Origin: Eledone cirrhosa
Taxonomy: Eukaryota
DNA: 64,000 bases
Direction: 5' to 3'
NCBI GenBank assembly: GCA_964016885.1
Contig: OZ024742.1
Coordinates: 153,078,001-153,142,000, forward strand
The translations under genes were made by a program, and so were the position numbers. A model generated the notes under the pieces. It made no database searches. It was given only the letters and a program-made list of their open reading frames with translations, and was not told the DNA's origin. Of the stretch, positions 1 through 13,231 are shown piece by piece; the first letter of the stretch is position 1, and each line of letters begins with the position of its first letter.

Positions 1-513
1 TGTATTCTAGTTTGTCGGTGTGGCCAGCCCGTTCTAATGCAGTGTTGTAATATTCAGCGTGTCGATCAAATGTGTTGGTTAGATGAGAGGCGGGATATTC
101 TAAGTGATATACTATGTGGCACGGACCTTATAATAGATAGTGGGTGGTTAGAGCTAGTGTGGATGTATGTGGGGTTCTCATTGTTTTTGTGAAAGGGTGT
201 GATAATTTGGGTGTTGAGGTTGAAGGTGGCATCTAGGAAGTTAACTACTTTGGTACTATATTCGTAGGTGATTTAAGGCCAAGGCTATCTAGGGTTCTTC
301 TAATGCTCTTACGGGTTCGCTCTATGTTTTGTTTATTCATGTTTTTAACTAATAGGAGAGCGTCATCTCTATATATTCCGCCTTGAAGGTAACTAAATTT
401 ATTATGTAAGGTGTGGGCTATGTATATACCAACATTATCCGTAACTTGTGCTGAATCATTAGCACCCATGGTTATGTCAAAGTTATCTATTCTATCCTTA
501 GAAGAACAATATA
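1..513 (-). mobile_element. Penelope-like element RT fragment (frameshifted, runs off the window start)
   Basis: Minus-strand translation FDITMGANDSAQVTDNVG...GGIYRDDALL...VNFLDATFN...SSNHPLSII aligns with the PLE RT at 13188-15326 (FDITMGSSDSAQITDLVG, GGLYRDD, VVNFLD, SNHP). Confidence 0.88.
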
Positions 514-2966
514 CGTAATCTCTTTAACCAACATAACCTAAAAATTGAATTTGATAATAGTATCAAACTAGCTAATTTCTTGGATGTATCTCTTAATCTT
601 GACACTGGTCTATATTACCCTTACCATAAAAACAATGAGAACCTTAATTATGTTAACTTTAAATCTAACCATCCTACCAATATCAAGAATGCTATAGTTA
701 ATAATATTGGAAATAGAATATCTAACATATCTTCTAATAAAACATCTTTGATGCTAACGCCAATTACTATAATAACGCACTTTCTAAAGCCGGCTATCCA
801 GATAAAATCAAATATAATAAAGAAACAAATTCTAGAAAAACTTACAGTAGAATAATTAATCATGACCATTCCAATAATTTTAATAAAAGACCTAGATACA
901 AAAACATAATCTGGTATAATGCTCCTTTACCCATCTCTATTAATAACAATATTCCTAAATTATTTTTTAGTGCCTTAAATAAATGCTTCCCTCCCTCACA
1001 TATCTATAGTAAAATATTTAACAAACACACCATCAAATTTTCGTATTCTACATCCTCCAATATTTCCAACATCATCTCTAAACACAACAACAAAATACTA
1101 AATACTAATTCTCTTCCTTCCAATATTGAATTTCATAATAACAGTAATAGTACTCCCGACGTCATTGTAAACCCTAGGCTAACTTCTGTAAATCCAAATA
1201 CAACGTCAAACACAACATCGCTAAATGTTCATAATCCAACTCTAAATCAAGAAACTATTATTCCTATTATTCCTATCGCAAACAACTTCTCCAATCCAAT
1301 TCCTTCTATAGATAACACTAGATCACCCATTAATAATCTCTCTAATTGCAACTGCCGCATTAAAAATAAATGTCCTCTCAACAACCATTGTCTCGATAAA
1401 AACTTAATTTATGAATGTAAAATTATAACTAGCACCAATTCCTTCACCTATTTTGGCTCCACTTCCACCTCTTTTAAAGCTCGTCTCTATAATCATCATT
1501 CATCTTTCAAATACAAACTTAAAAGAACTAACACTGCTCTCTCAGAACTCATATGGTCCTTAAAAGACAAAAACATTAAATATACCATCTTTTGGAAGAA
1601 GATTTCTTCTGCATCCTCATACTTGAACAGCTCTCTATCTAAAATCTGTAATCTCTGCCTAAATGAAAAAATTACCATTATCTCTAACCTAGATTCTATA
1701 ATAAATAGACGCTCAGATTTGTTTTCTATCTGCCTGCATAAATTCCATAGAACTTTTCACAAAGTATACAGTTAATATTCAATTCTTTATCAATTTAGAA
1801 TCTTTTCTCAAAGGCACATATACATACACTTCTTTAAAATATACCCATCTACCCTACTTTAAAGGGCATTATACACTCTATAATACTCGTTTACTCATTA
1901 CCCTCATTCTATCTTCTTGTAAAATCATAACATTTGTTTTGCCATTAGAATATTCATCCGCAATCATTATTATTTTTTCTCTCTATTATAAATCTTTTTA
2001 ATCTCAATTTCATCCTTAATTTATTATTATTTTTTTTCTCCCCATCAAAGAACTCATTATTAATACATATTAACTCTTTATTCGCATATATTATCAATTC
2101 AATCAATATACAAACTTTAACTTCACATTATTTTTCTCAAATCCTTCTACACACAAACCTTAACAATTTTTCTCTTCGCTAATTTTGAAATTGCCACAAT
2201 ACATACATTTCTTTTTTTGACGTTAGAATATTCACCCACAATTATTAATTTTTTCTCTCTATCTTCATACATAATTTCCCTTCGTTAATTTTCAAATTCC
2301 TTTAATTTATACATTATCTTCCAACGGTTCCCAACCTCTCTATATTAAAACAATATATCTTTTTCTCAGTCATAAAAACTATCTCTTTCTCTCTATCACC
2401 CATCTCTCCCTCTCCACCTTCACTCTCATCTCCTCCCCCTTTTTTTCATCCTTTCCACCCCCCCTCCCTAAATAAAATATTTTTTCCTCGCACATATCCT
2501 CCCTTCGTTAATTTTCAAAATGTTTAATTTATACAGTATCTTCCAACGGTTTTCAACCTCTCTATGTAAAAAATATATCTCCTCTCAGTTGTAAAAACTA
2601 TCTCTTTCTCTCTATCACCCATCTCTCCCTCTCATCTCCTTCTCTTTTCATCCCCCCCCCTCTCTAAATAAAATATTTTTCCCCATATCACACATCAATC
2701 TAAAACCACTTTTCATATGTTGATTTAAAACTGCACTATCCACAAGTGCTTTTTAGCCTTCATATCATGTTCTCCTGTTTTATCTGATGAAAACACAAAT
2801 ATTATTGCATGATGATGTCTGTTTTTGAAATGCGCATAATAAAATATATGGAACTCCTTTAACCATCTTTTGATCTTATATTATGCATACTCCAGTCCCA
2901 CAACTGTAGAGTGCTTCTTATCCGATATCTGCATTGCTTTATTGTACTACAATTAAACTCACCTCC

Positions 2967-2968
<2 letters not shown>
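500..2968 (+). mobile_element. 5'-truncated Penelope-like element: RT C-terminus, linker, GIY-YIG endonuclease (stop ~1775), 3' UTR/pLTR ending in (TA)n
   Basis: NFLDVSLNLDTGLYYPYHK, SNHP, IIWYNAP, CNCRIKNKCPLNNHC, IYECK...TYFGST...FKARLYNHH, CNLCLNEK; one frameshift near 745; hammerhead near the 3' end; internal ~223-bp UTR duplication (2277/2500). Confidence 0.9.
2776..2846 (+). ncRNA. Type I hammerhead ribozyme (PLE pLTR)
   Basis: tgttttat-CTGATGA-aaaca...tgtttt-GAAA-tgcgca-TA-ataaaata: 8-bp stem I, palindromic stem III TGCGCA, AUA site. Confidence 0.85.
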
Positions 2969-3015
<47 letters not shown>

Positions 3016-3023
3016 GTTTGTAT

Positions 3024-3310
3024 ATGGCTTTGTGGTTAAGTTATTCGACTTAGAATCGTAAGGTTCCGAGTTCCATTCCCGGCGGCACTTTGTGATTATG
3101 AGGCAATTTATTTCACGTTGGTCCAGTCCACTCAGCTGGCAAAAATAAGTTGTGCCACTAATTCTGTGTCACGCTGAATCTCGCTGAGAACTACCTTAAG
3201 GTGACGTGTGTCTGCGGCATGCTCAGCTACATGCATATTAATTTCATGAGCGGGATTTTCCGCTGATAGGATCAAAATGGAACACTCATCGTCGTAACCG
3301 ACCTAGTGCC
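3024..3310 (+). mobile_element. tRNA-derived SINE (old copy)
   Basis: A-box-like tggctttgtggttaag, B-box-like gagttccattcc, central ccagtccactcagctgg; ends at (CA)n. Confidence 0.7.
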
Positions 3311-3311
3311 T

Positions 3312-3360
<49 letters not shown>

Positions 3361-4234
3361 TACACACACACACACGCATATATATATATATATTTCTATA
3401 AATGTGTGTGTGTGTGTAAGTGTATGTTTGTGATTGTGTATGTGTGTGGGGGCTGATACGTGCTTATTACGTACATTAGAATTAAGTCTTAATAAAAAAA
3501 ATCTTAACCAATGCGAATATTTCTTAATTTGATACAACAATTACATCTTCTAACTTTTGTGGTTTCTCAATTTTTGTTTAGATAGGATAGATATAAATGG
3601 AAAAGGCGACAAAAAGTAAATTGAAACTCATCTTTTAATATAATGTTAAAAATACAGAGTAAGCAAGAATATGAGATACGCCACCGGAAAAAAAAGTCAC
3701 ACACACTGTAACAGACAACGTACCGAAGCTTTTAAATTTTATTTTACTAAAAATAGGAAATTACAAAAGGCTAGGCTATGATCATTCGCCTAATGGAAAT
3801 AAATTGTTTATTTTTCTGTATACAAGAGTTTTCTGGAAGGGCATTTACATAATACGTATCAACAAATTATATAAATGAGCTTTTAAAGAGATTTTTGAAG
3901 GCTTGCCCTTGAATTCCATTAAATAGTTTTATGTTTCTTGTTTTAAAAGGTAAAAACCTATAGTATTCATTTTTTTTCGAATCGTGTTCCGCTTGGTGTA
4001 TGAGTGGATAAAATTAGTTAATATATATAGATTCTCGGCAGATTTGTAACTCATTTTCTTGAAAATCTTTAATAAATGAAGAATATTTACTTTTATTGTC
4101 CATAGATATATTTCTAGAGAATAGATTTTAACGTTTTCGTTCAGGTCACTTTATTACATATAAGAAAACCGCTAACAAATATTTACTAAAGCTTGATCTA
4201 CACAAATAAATTTCCATATGCATGCAAAGAGACT

Positions 4235-4315
<81 letters not shown>

Positions 4316-4345
4316 GTGTGTATATGAGGAAGAGAGAGAGGGAGA

Positions 4346-4405
<60 letters not shown>

Positions 4406-5210
4406 GAGAGTTAATTTTTATGTCGTGCAATCCATTGTTAAATATCACTTAAATATAGGTTGTAGGTTGAAATCACCGGTGAGAGACTGAAGGGAAGTCT
4501 CCGACGCAGTTCTGTAATAGTATAGGTAGAGATTCATTTTTAGTTTTAGGGTGTGCATCATTGTGTATGATTTTGTATTCTAATTAAATGTTAATTCCAT
4601 TGTTTATATTGTAGCATTTTTTCTGGGAATATAGTTATGTTTCTACCTATATTAGTTTCTATTTTCTACTCTGTTTATTTTGTCTTACATTATTCCAGTG
4701 TCAAAATAATACGAGTGAAGTATAACGGAATGTACCTCATTGTTCTTCTAACAACTTTTCTATCTATGTGTTTTTGTAAAATCAGCATTACTATAAATAT
4801 TTTAAATATTTAATTTTTTCTTTTTAAGTATTAATTCAGTACATGAGTAAATGAGTTTTTAAAGTGCATTTTGAAAATTGTTGTACACGTTTTAACATGA
4901 AAACAACGTTACTAACATTATTTATTTAAAAAAAAATAACACTTCATCTTCATTCCATTAGGATATGAACAAAAATATGCACTTTCGAATAAACAGTGTT
5001 TGTTTAATGATTTGTGGGGTAGGATTGATAATGTGACTCAGAATATAATTGAAGATATACTGTAAAACGTATTTGTAGAATGTTATTGTTTTATCAAAGT
5101 GCATTATAGGCAAATTTCAAACATATATTTATTTATATATAATCTTTTCATTGATTAATTCACTTCAAAAGTACGAATGAACTCTACAATGACATGTTAT
5201 TATTGCTATT

Positions 5211-5420
5211 TGGCTGTATCAGTAGAGCGTCGGACAACATGCTTTGCGGCATAGATTTTAGGAACCTTTATGTTCTATGCTCAAATCCTGCTGGGGTTAG
5301 CTTTGCCATTTATCCTTACGAGGTCGATAAAATAAATAACCAGTCACGCACTGGGATCGTTTAATCGACTTTTCCCTCCCCCCAAATTACAGGTCTTGTG
5401 CCTATCGTAGAAATCATTAT
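5211..5420 (+). mobile_element. Octopus-type tRNA-derived SINE (diverged)
   Basis: Homologous to the SINE at 15334 (tggctgtatcagtagag...tcaaatcctgc...ctttgccatttatccttacgaggtcgataaaataa...tcgtagaaatcattatt). Confidence 0.8.
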
Positions 5421-5893
5421 TACTCTGGATTGCTAAATAGGTAGAACAAAAGGAAACCTACTTTCAGATATTTAGTTAGGTCTCTTGATATTCAGTTCAA
5501 ATCCAACCAAGATAAATCTTCAAATATATTGTTCCGGTTTAAAGAATACAAATTACAAATTGGGTACATCCAAGAATATATATATTTGACATTTTTAGAA
5601 ATGGTTACTACTCGCATTGCACTATATATTTACAGCTGGGATTCCTAGGTAAGAACCAGAACAAAATCGATCATGTCCATTGCAGTATTGCTTCTCAATT
5701 CACATCCAGGCGATGTCAACTTTGCGTTTTAGCACAAAGTAGCATCATGTTTGTGCTAAATGTTTCATAGGTTGACTATGAAATAATGATGATAGAGCTA
5801 TGAAATCATTGCAATAATTTCAATTTTTCTGATTGTTAACTAAATTGTTTTCCTTTTCAGGGACTATGATGAAATATAAATCACTTTTGGTCA

Positions 5894-6203
5894 TTCCATA
5901 AGGTAATCTTGGTCAGATAATTAACGTTTCAGCCAATGAACTTATCAATGTACTGGGGTCCATGTAATCGACGTAATAAAATTGTAAATCATTACTAAAT
6001 TCATTGCTATAAAATGTTATATTTGTAAATATTATAATCTTTAAAAATATAAGATTTTATAACAATGAAATTAGTAATGATTTACAATTGTATTACAAGC
6101 CCAGCAAGTTGTGGTAAAGTGGGAGTCGATTACATGGACTCCAGTACATTGATAAGTTCATTGGCAGAAACGTTCATTATCTGACTAAGATTACCTTATG
6201 GAA
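5894..6203. repeat. Fold-back inverted repeat, ~140-bp arms, ~30-bp extra sequence in the right arm
   Basis: ttccataaggtaatcttggtcagataat... pairs with ...attatctgactaagattaccttatggaa; centre near 6033; includes a SINE fragment. Confidence 0.9.
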
Positions 6204-6590
6204 ACATTTGATAATTATCAAATGTTTCATATATTTTCCATTCTAATAATTGTATTATCACAGGTTTTTCAATGATAAATATATAACTTATACAATTTTC
6301 TTTGTGCATTGAAATATTAATATATATATTTGTTTCTGCTTACAGTAAGTTATAGCTACAAACTAATTTCAAAAAAGTACATAGCATTTTTGGTTTACTC
6401 ACACTCAACTGCACAAACACAGATACCCCCCCCTCACACACACACATACTCTCCCCCTATCTATCTCCCTCTCTCTCTCACAATCTCTCACTCACACACA
6501 CACACACAATTATACGAGTAAAGAAAATTATTGGTTAACTCACGCACGCCCTCACAGACATACAATATATGTATATGTATATATATATAT

Positions 6591-6808
6591 CAAGTAGAGG
6601 GTCTGAAAAGTTCCTGGTTTTAAGAGATATGCGAAAGGCCAGGTAGGGGCGAACATTTCGAGTTATTTTTAAAGGGCTTAGAAAAACTGAAAGACCGCTG
6701 CAATGAGTGTGTGGATCTCAGAGGGGACTAAGTTGAATAAAATTATAATTAACAGATCCTTCTGTTTTTCATTTTACGCCAAGCCAGGAACTTTTCAGCA
6801 TCCCCTCG
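6591..6808 (+). mobile_element. Mariner-derived MITE in (TA)n
   Basis: TIR core ctgaaaagttcctgg / ccaggaacttttcag, right end ...cccctcg-TA; interior encodes a transposase C-terminal remnant KGLEKLKDRCNECVDLRGD*VE*. Confidence 0.85.
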
Positions 6809-6892
6809 TATATATATAGTTTAACTTATTGTATTAAGAAAGACAGGCAAGAACTGACAAGGAATTTGAAGAAAGATATATTTGATTAAATA

Positions 6893-7007
6893 ATTTAACA
6901 CGCGTTTCATTGCCGATTACCTAATCATCTACCAGAGCTGTATAGAATCTTTTACCAATTCCTTCACTCGCCGAATGTCAGTGTTCGGCAAATCTTCATA
7001 GATAAAT
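6893..7007 (-). ncRNA. Degenerate hammerhead-like motif
   Basis: Minus strand: C(TA)TGAAGA-tttgccga...tcggcaat-GAAA-cgcgtg-TT-aaat; the core is interrupted by a 2-nt insertion. Confidence 0.45.
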
Positions 7008-7039
7008 GAAATAATATATAGTTTTAGGCATATTTGTGT

Positions 7040-7435
7040 AGACGTTGTTGAAGTCCCTGAGGTCTCATTTCTTCGGCAGTTTGATTTGCGATCCCCACCT
7101 TCCATTGGATCGGGATATCTTCCTTCTCTCAGATCTTACCGAGTTGGATGTGTAGCATGTTGACGGCTGTCACTATGTCTGCTTTAATGGTTTCTGCTGC
7201 TATTCCGTTCGGCCCTAAAGCTTTCCCATTTTTCCGTGTCAGGATGGCTTTCCTGATCTCTACTTTTGAGGGTTTATCACAGTGAATGTGTAGTTGAATC
7301 TTTGCTGGTCAGGTGTATGGTGGTATTTTAGGGGTGGGGCAGTTCAGCAACTCCATGAAGAGCTCTGTTCATCGTTTCAGTTGTTACTCAGTTGTTGCCA
7401 ATGTGTTCCCACACTTAGCCTTGTCTGGATTCTCG
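7040..7435 (-). mobile_element. RTE-clade LINE RT fragment (degenerate)
   Basis: PSKVEIRKAILTRKNGKALGPNGIAAETIK...KI*EKEDIPIQWKVGSQIKLPKK*DLRDFNN, with stops. Confidence 0.85.
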
Positions 7436-7869
7436 AATGCACATATTCATACACACACAGGCGCAATTATTAACATGTTCTCAAACTATTACTACTACCA
7501 CCTTTGTAACTCTCCCGTGGCCACTGGTCAGCTATTATTAGAATTGATATGATTGTCGAACGCCAAGATGTAACCACAATTTCTACGACGGCCTATCAAT
7601 AAAAGCAGACTTCATGCCTAAAGAAAACGTATTGAATAATCTTTGAATAACGACATTCCTACACCTCCGATCCGAAATATACATTACAGTATGACGTATT
7701 AGAATAAAACGATTTTGAACATGTGATACCGTCTCTCTGCCTTTTCTTAATATTGATATTCAGTTTACCGCCATATACGTGATAATTTGTGGTATCCATG
7801 ATGTCTAGTGCTTCAGCTAGAATAACTTTGTTAGTTGGGTGACTGAATCGGCAAACATTTTTCATTATA

Positions 7870-7964
<95 letters not shown>

Positions 7965-8018
7965 TAAACAAATAATGAATAAAACAATGAAACAGTTCCT
8001 TATATTAAACAAAAAAAG

Positions 8019-8172
8019 TTCATTATTTAACGATCGTTTCTAGGATATATATGTGTTAGAATTGGCATGCATATTCAACAGATCTATGTACAAAATTATA
8101 CAAAATTATACAAACTATCAAGATTAAATATACATACCAACACATATATACGCCGTCTTCAGAAATAATGAA
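8019..8172 (-). ncRNA. Type I hammerhead ribozyme with long stem II (left-arm copy)
   Basis: Reverse complement of the motif at 19173-19326. Confidence 0.82.
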
Positions 8173-8795
8173 ATATATTTATTGATAATAACAACAATTC
8201 AAAATTTCAGGTCCGTTTGGGAACAAAATTGACCAATGAAAATACAAAAGGTTTTATGCAATTCGGTGTGTGTATATACATGCAACTACCCCGTACATAT
8301 ATTTACACAAAAATGTATGCTCAACATGCATACGCACACCAAAAAGATGCATGCAAATACAAAATTTCAAGGTTAATGTCTCTGTAAGTTTATAATGCAC
8401 AGATAAGATGCGTATAGACACATAAATATGAAATAAGTGTATACACATATTCTCATACTCACACATATCCGTACAATCACACACACGCGCGCGTATATGC
8501 ATTAACATACACATAATTACGAACATACATACACACACACACACCCCCACACACATATATATATGTGGATATAATATTATCATAAGCACATGGATATTAA
8601 TTCACTCACATAAACACTGCCACACACATTTAGATCAAGATACAGAAATTAGGTGGGAGGGGGGGAGAGGTCAGTATTCAACGGTTTGGGCAGACTGCTT
8701 ATTTATAGATGTATCTATAAACTAAGAAATAAAAAATAAAAATTAAAAAGGAAAGAAAAGAAAAAGAAAAAAGAAAAAAGAAATATATCAAGAAA

Positions 8796-8884
<89 letters not shown>

Positions 8885-8978
8885 CACATACACACATCTA
8901 CACTTAGAACATACATACACACACATATATAAACATATACATATACACACATACACACATATACACACATACATATAA

Positions 8979-9011
<33 letters not shown>

Positions 9012-9287
9012 TACACATATAATCACACATACATATATAGACACACATATATATACACATACACGCACATATACATACACATACATACTTATATACATAC
9101 AGATATATACATACATACCTATATATACACACAAATACATACAGACATACATACATACATACACACAAATACTTACGCATCCATATATCGGTATATACAT
9201 ACAAACACCTCTACACTCTCACGCAGCTCAGACATACAAAGAAAAAGGTATATACCTATACACATATACATATACAAATAGAGATAC

Positions 9288-9348
<61 letters not shown>

Positions 9349-9539
9349 CACATATACACACATATATATACATACACATACATACATGTACACACACATA
9401 CATATACATACATACACACATACACACATACATATATAGTCATACACACACATACACCTACACGAACATACATATACACATATATAAAGATATATATACA
9501 CACACACACATACACACTCACACATATATATAAAATAAA

Positions 9540-9579
<40 letters not shown>

Positions 9580-10475
9580 CACATATACATAGACATATAT
9601 GTACATACATACACATACATACATACATATACACACATATATATATATATATATACACACATAGACACATACATACATACACACACAACATACATAGATA
9701 CACATATATACTCATACATAGACATAGATATATATTTATACATACATACGCACTTACATATACTCATATATACAAATACATACGCATCCATATATGCGTA
9801 TATACATACAAACACCACTACACTCTCACACAACTCAGACATACAAAGAAAAAGGTATATACATATACATATATACACACATTAATAGAGATACATATAC
9901 ACATATATATATATATATACACATACATTTATATATATACACCCACACACACATAGAACCATAAACACACATACAAACACACACATACACACATATATAC
10001 ATACATATATATACACACACACAAAAAAAAAACACACATACACATATATATTTTTTACACATATATATACACATATATATACATATACACACCCTCACAT
10101 ATACACACATACACATAAGTTATATTATAATAATAAATAATATATATATATATATATATACACATACGAATATAGACATATATACACACATAGATATACA
10201 TATATATATACATATACACACACACACACACACACTCACATATATATGTGCGCACACGTACATATATACACATACACACATATACACATAAACACATACA
10301 TGTGCATACATGTACACACACACATATACCCACATAGATACGAAGATAGACATATATATAGAGAGACATACATATATATACACACATATATATATATATA
10401 CATACATACACACACATATATATATACATATATATATACACACACACATACACGCCCACACACATATACACATAT

Positions 10476-10510
<35 letters not shown>

Positions 10511-11233
10511 CACATATATATACACACATGCATATATACACATATATATATACATACATACACACATATGTATACACACACAATCTTACATTCTTATTTG
10601 CATGCGCATATATGTATTTTTATATTCAGATATAAATACCCAAACATATATACACCTACCTACATATATATTCATACATACACGCTTACAAACACAGATG
10701 ATAATAGTATGGGGGAAAGGGGGGGGTTGGAGAAGGGGATTATAGTAAATATATGTTTCAAGAAACATAGAATATTATCTGTATATGGATCCAATGTATG
10801 TTTTTACATAGTTTCAGTGTTAGGAAATACAAGAAATAAGGCAAAATTTATGCATTTCAAAATAATTATACCATTAATTATATGTTAACTAAACTAAAGA
10901 TAGTTAACATATTGATTTCTAAGGTGTAAATTAGTTAGGTTTATAATATTTGAAGCAGAATTTTGAAGTTAAATAGTAGTAGAGTATTAATTATAGTATA
11001 ACTAAATTAAAGTTATTAACGTTATGGTATCAATATTAGGAAATGAATTTAGTAATAGGGAAAAAACAAATAAAGTATTACATCGGTAGTAGAATATACA
11101 TTATAGGTTAACTAAATTAAAAATTATATATTAATTTCTATAGTATATGTTAATTAGGTATATAATAAATAAAACAGATATTTTATTTTATCAATAGCAG
11201 AATATAATTATATGCAAATAGAAATCAAAATTA

Positions 11234-11264
<31 letters not shown>

Positions 11265-11277
11265 CACATACATATAT

Positions 11278-11320
<43 letters not shown>

Positions 11321-11804
11321 TACACACATACACATACATATACATACATACATATACATATTTTTTCAAAAATTGCAAAGAATATATTAACTAGGTATAC
11401 ATCCAAAACACATCCCATTCTATGATTACATGACACTCTGCAATCCGTCTGTATAAGGATACTAATTTTAAGCCAATTGAATTAAATTTTTAGGTTGACT
11501 AAATTTAAAACCAAATTATAAATATATTTCTAAAATGTATATTAATTAGGTCTATAATACTAAAAATTATTTCTCTGTACTTGGATACACGATATTTTGT
11601 TATATTTTATCTGTAAAGGAATTTTAATAAAAGGTTTAAATAAATTAAAATTAATCTATAAATTAAATTACTAAGTATATATTAGTAATATTTAAAGGTT
11701 TTTCACAATTTATGATTACACAATATTTTATATTCTCATCTGTAGTAGAATTTTAATTAAATTAAATTTATAGGTTAACTAACATTTAAATTAAATTAAT
11801 TTCT

Positions 11805-11989
11805 AAAATAATTGTTTCTACTATTGGCACAAGGCCAGAAAATTATCCAGTACATTACTGGTACTTTATTTTATCGACCCCGTAAGGATGAAAGGCAAAG
11901 TTAACCTCGGCGGGATTTGAACTCAGAATGGCAAGGGCCGTAACTCTATGCGTCAAAGCATGGCGTCCGAACCTCTACCGATACTGCCA
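11805..11989 (-). mobile_element. Octopus-type tRNA SINE, young subfamily (in left arm)
   Basis: Near-identical to the copies at 15334 and 41576. Confidence 0.88.
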
Positions 11990-13231
11990 AATGTTATTAA
12001 TTAGGTTTATAATATTTAAATGTTTTTTTAGTTTATGATTACACGATATAATTAATTCCTGTCGTTTATTTAATAGGATATCCTTAGATTTCATTATTTC
12101 AAATAGTTCTTGGGAACATAATCTACATTCATTTCTATTATTTTGATAAGGGGTGGCTCTTTTGAGCACACTCCAGGTCAAATCATATTCTATATTCTTA
12201 TTTTTATAACTATTGATTTTTTCTGCTAGAGATGTTGTATTAGCCAGTGCCGCATTTTTAAAACTATGCTTGTGGGTATTAAACCTTGTCTTAAAATTGT
12301 TAGAGGTAGCTCCTATATATGAGCAAATAGAATCTTTAGTTTTAACATTACATTTATAGACTATGTTGTTAACAAGACAATTCCTTTTTAATGGGCAGTT
12401 TGCTTTGTTTCTACAGTTACAACCTTTCGTTAATTCTGTATTTGAGGAGATATTATGGTTAATTTGATGTACTGGTGGTATACTTATGGTTTTCTTACAT
12501 TTATATGCATTATAGGCACTTATATTTTGTTTTATGTTATTTGTTGTAGAGTATGAGAATTTAACTGTAGACCTATTTAAGATTTGATGGTATTTGTGGT
12601 TTGGCGGGAAGTTTTTCTCTAGGATATAAACATTTTTTTTAGCAATATTATCCTTAATTTGTAAATTAAATGGAGCATTATACCAAGTAACCTGTCTATT
12701 ACGGTTTCTATGTTGTTTATTATTTTTATTATTTTTATAGGTTGTATCGTGATGTTTACTAGGAGGATTAATGTTAATGATCTCACCACAACCATTTTTA
12801 GTTATATTTGTAGATTTAGGTGTTTTATCCTTTTTATTAGGAGTTTTATTATTAATATTTATTAGAGTTGTATGATGAGTAGTTTTTTGAGAGTTACTAT
12901 ATTTTATATTAGAAGATTTGGTATTTTGGGGTATAGTGTGGGTGGCATTTAGGTGTGTACTTTTCATTTGGTGTTTGTTGGTAATATTAGGTTGTATGCT
13001 TTTAGTATTTTTAGTAGAAGGTATATATTCTAATCTATTTTTGTGGCCACTTCTATCTAGAGCTTCGTTATAGAAGGTCGCATTTTTATCAAATACATCT
13101 TGGTTAGAAGAAAGGTTAGAAATTCTAAGTGATATATTATATGCAAGGTTTTTAAGGATAGATTTAGGGTGATTAGATTGTGACCTATTGGACCTAAAAA
13201 AGTCTAAAAAAATCCATGTCCACTCGGACAA
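11975..13231 (-). CDS. Chimeric RT-less ORF: 16 antisense-derived residues fused to the PLE thumb/linker/GIY-YIG (418 aa)
   Basis: From SQSNHPK onward nearly identical to the C-terminal part of ORF 13188-15326; the ATG comes from the antisense strand of the spacer; a 1-nt deletion shifts the stop into the SINE. Expression is unknown. Confidence 0.5.
   Translation of the reverse strand: MSEWTWIFLDFFRSNRSQSNHPKSILKNLAYNISLRISNLSSNQDVFDKNATFYNEALDRSGHKNRLEYIPSTKNTKSIQPNITNKHQMKSTHLNATHTIPQNTKSSNIKYSNSQKTTHHTTLININNKTPNKKDKTPKSTNITKNGCGEIININPPSKHHDTTYKNNKNNKQHRNRNRQVTWYNAPFNLQIKDNIAKKNVYILEKNFPPNHKYHQILNRSTVKFSYSTTNNIKQNISAYNAYKCKKTISIPPVHQINHNISSNTELTKGCNCRNKANCPLKRNCLVNNIVYKCNVKTKDSICSYIGATSNNFKTRFNTHKHSFKNAALANTTSLAEKINSYKNKNIEYDLTWSVLKRATPYQNNRNECRLCSQELFEIMKSKDILLNKRQELIISCNHKLKKHLNIINLINNIWQYR

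Larger units (their letters stand above)
7956..13183 (-). repeat. Left arm of giant palindrome: inverted copy of 14139-19389
   Basis: Continuous reverse-complement match (7956<->19389, 13183<->14139) with a few substitutions and microsatellite length differences; starts within a (TA)n tract. Confidence 0.97.

Noticed and set aside
5861-5902. 42-bp segment between a strong acceptor (ttttccttttcag) and AG|gtaatc
   Set aside because: Stops in all three frames and the donor lies within a palindrome arm; a non-coding exon cannot be supported.
8254-11436. Many ORFs rich in YI/CV/HT dipeptides (also 16.5-19 kb, 25 kb, 30-31 kb, 37-39 kb)
   Set aside because: Translations of (TA)n/(CA)n/(TG)n microsatellites, which lack stop codons.
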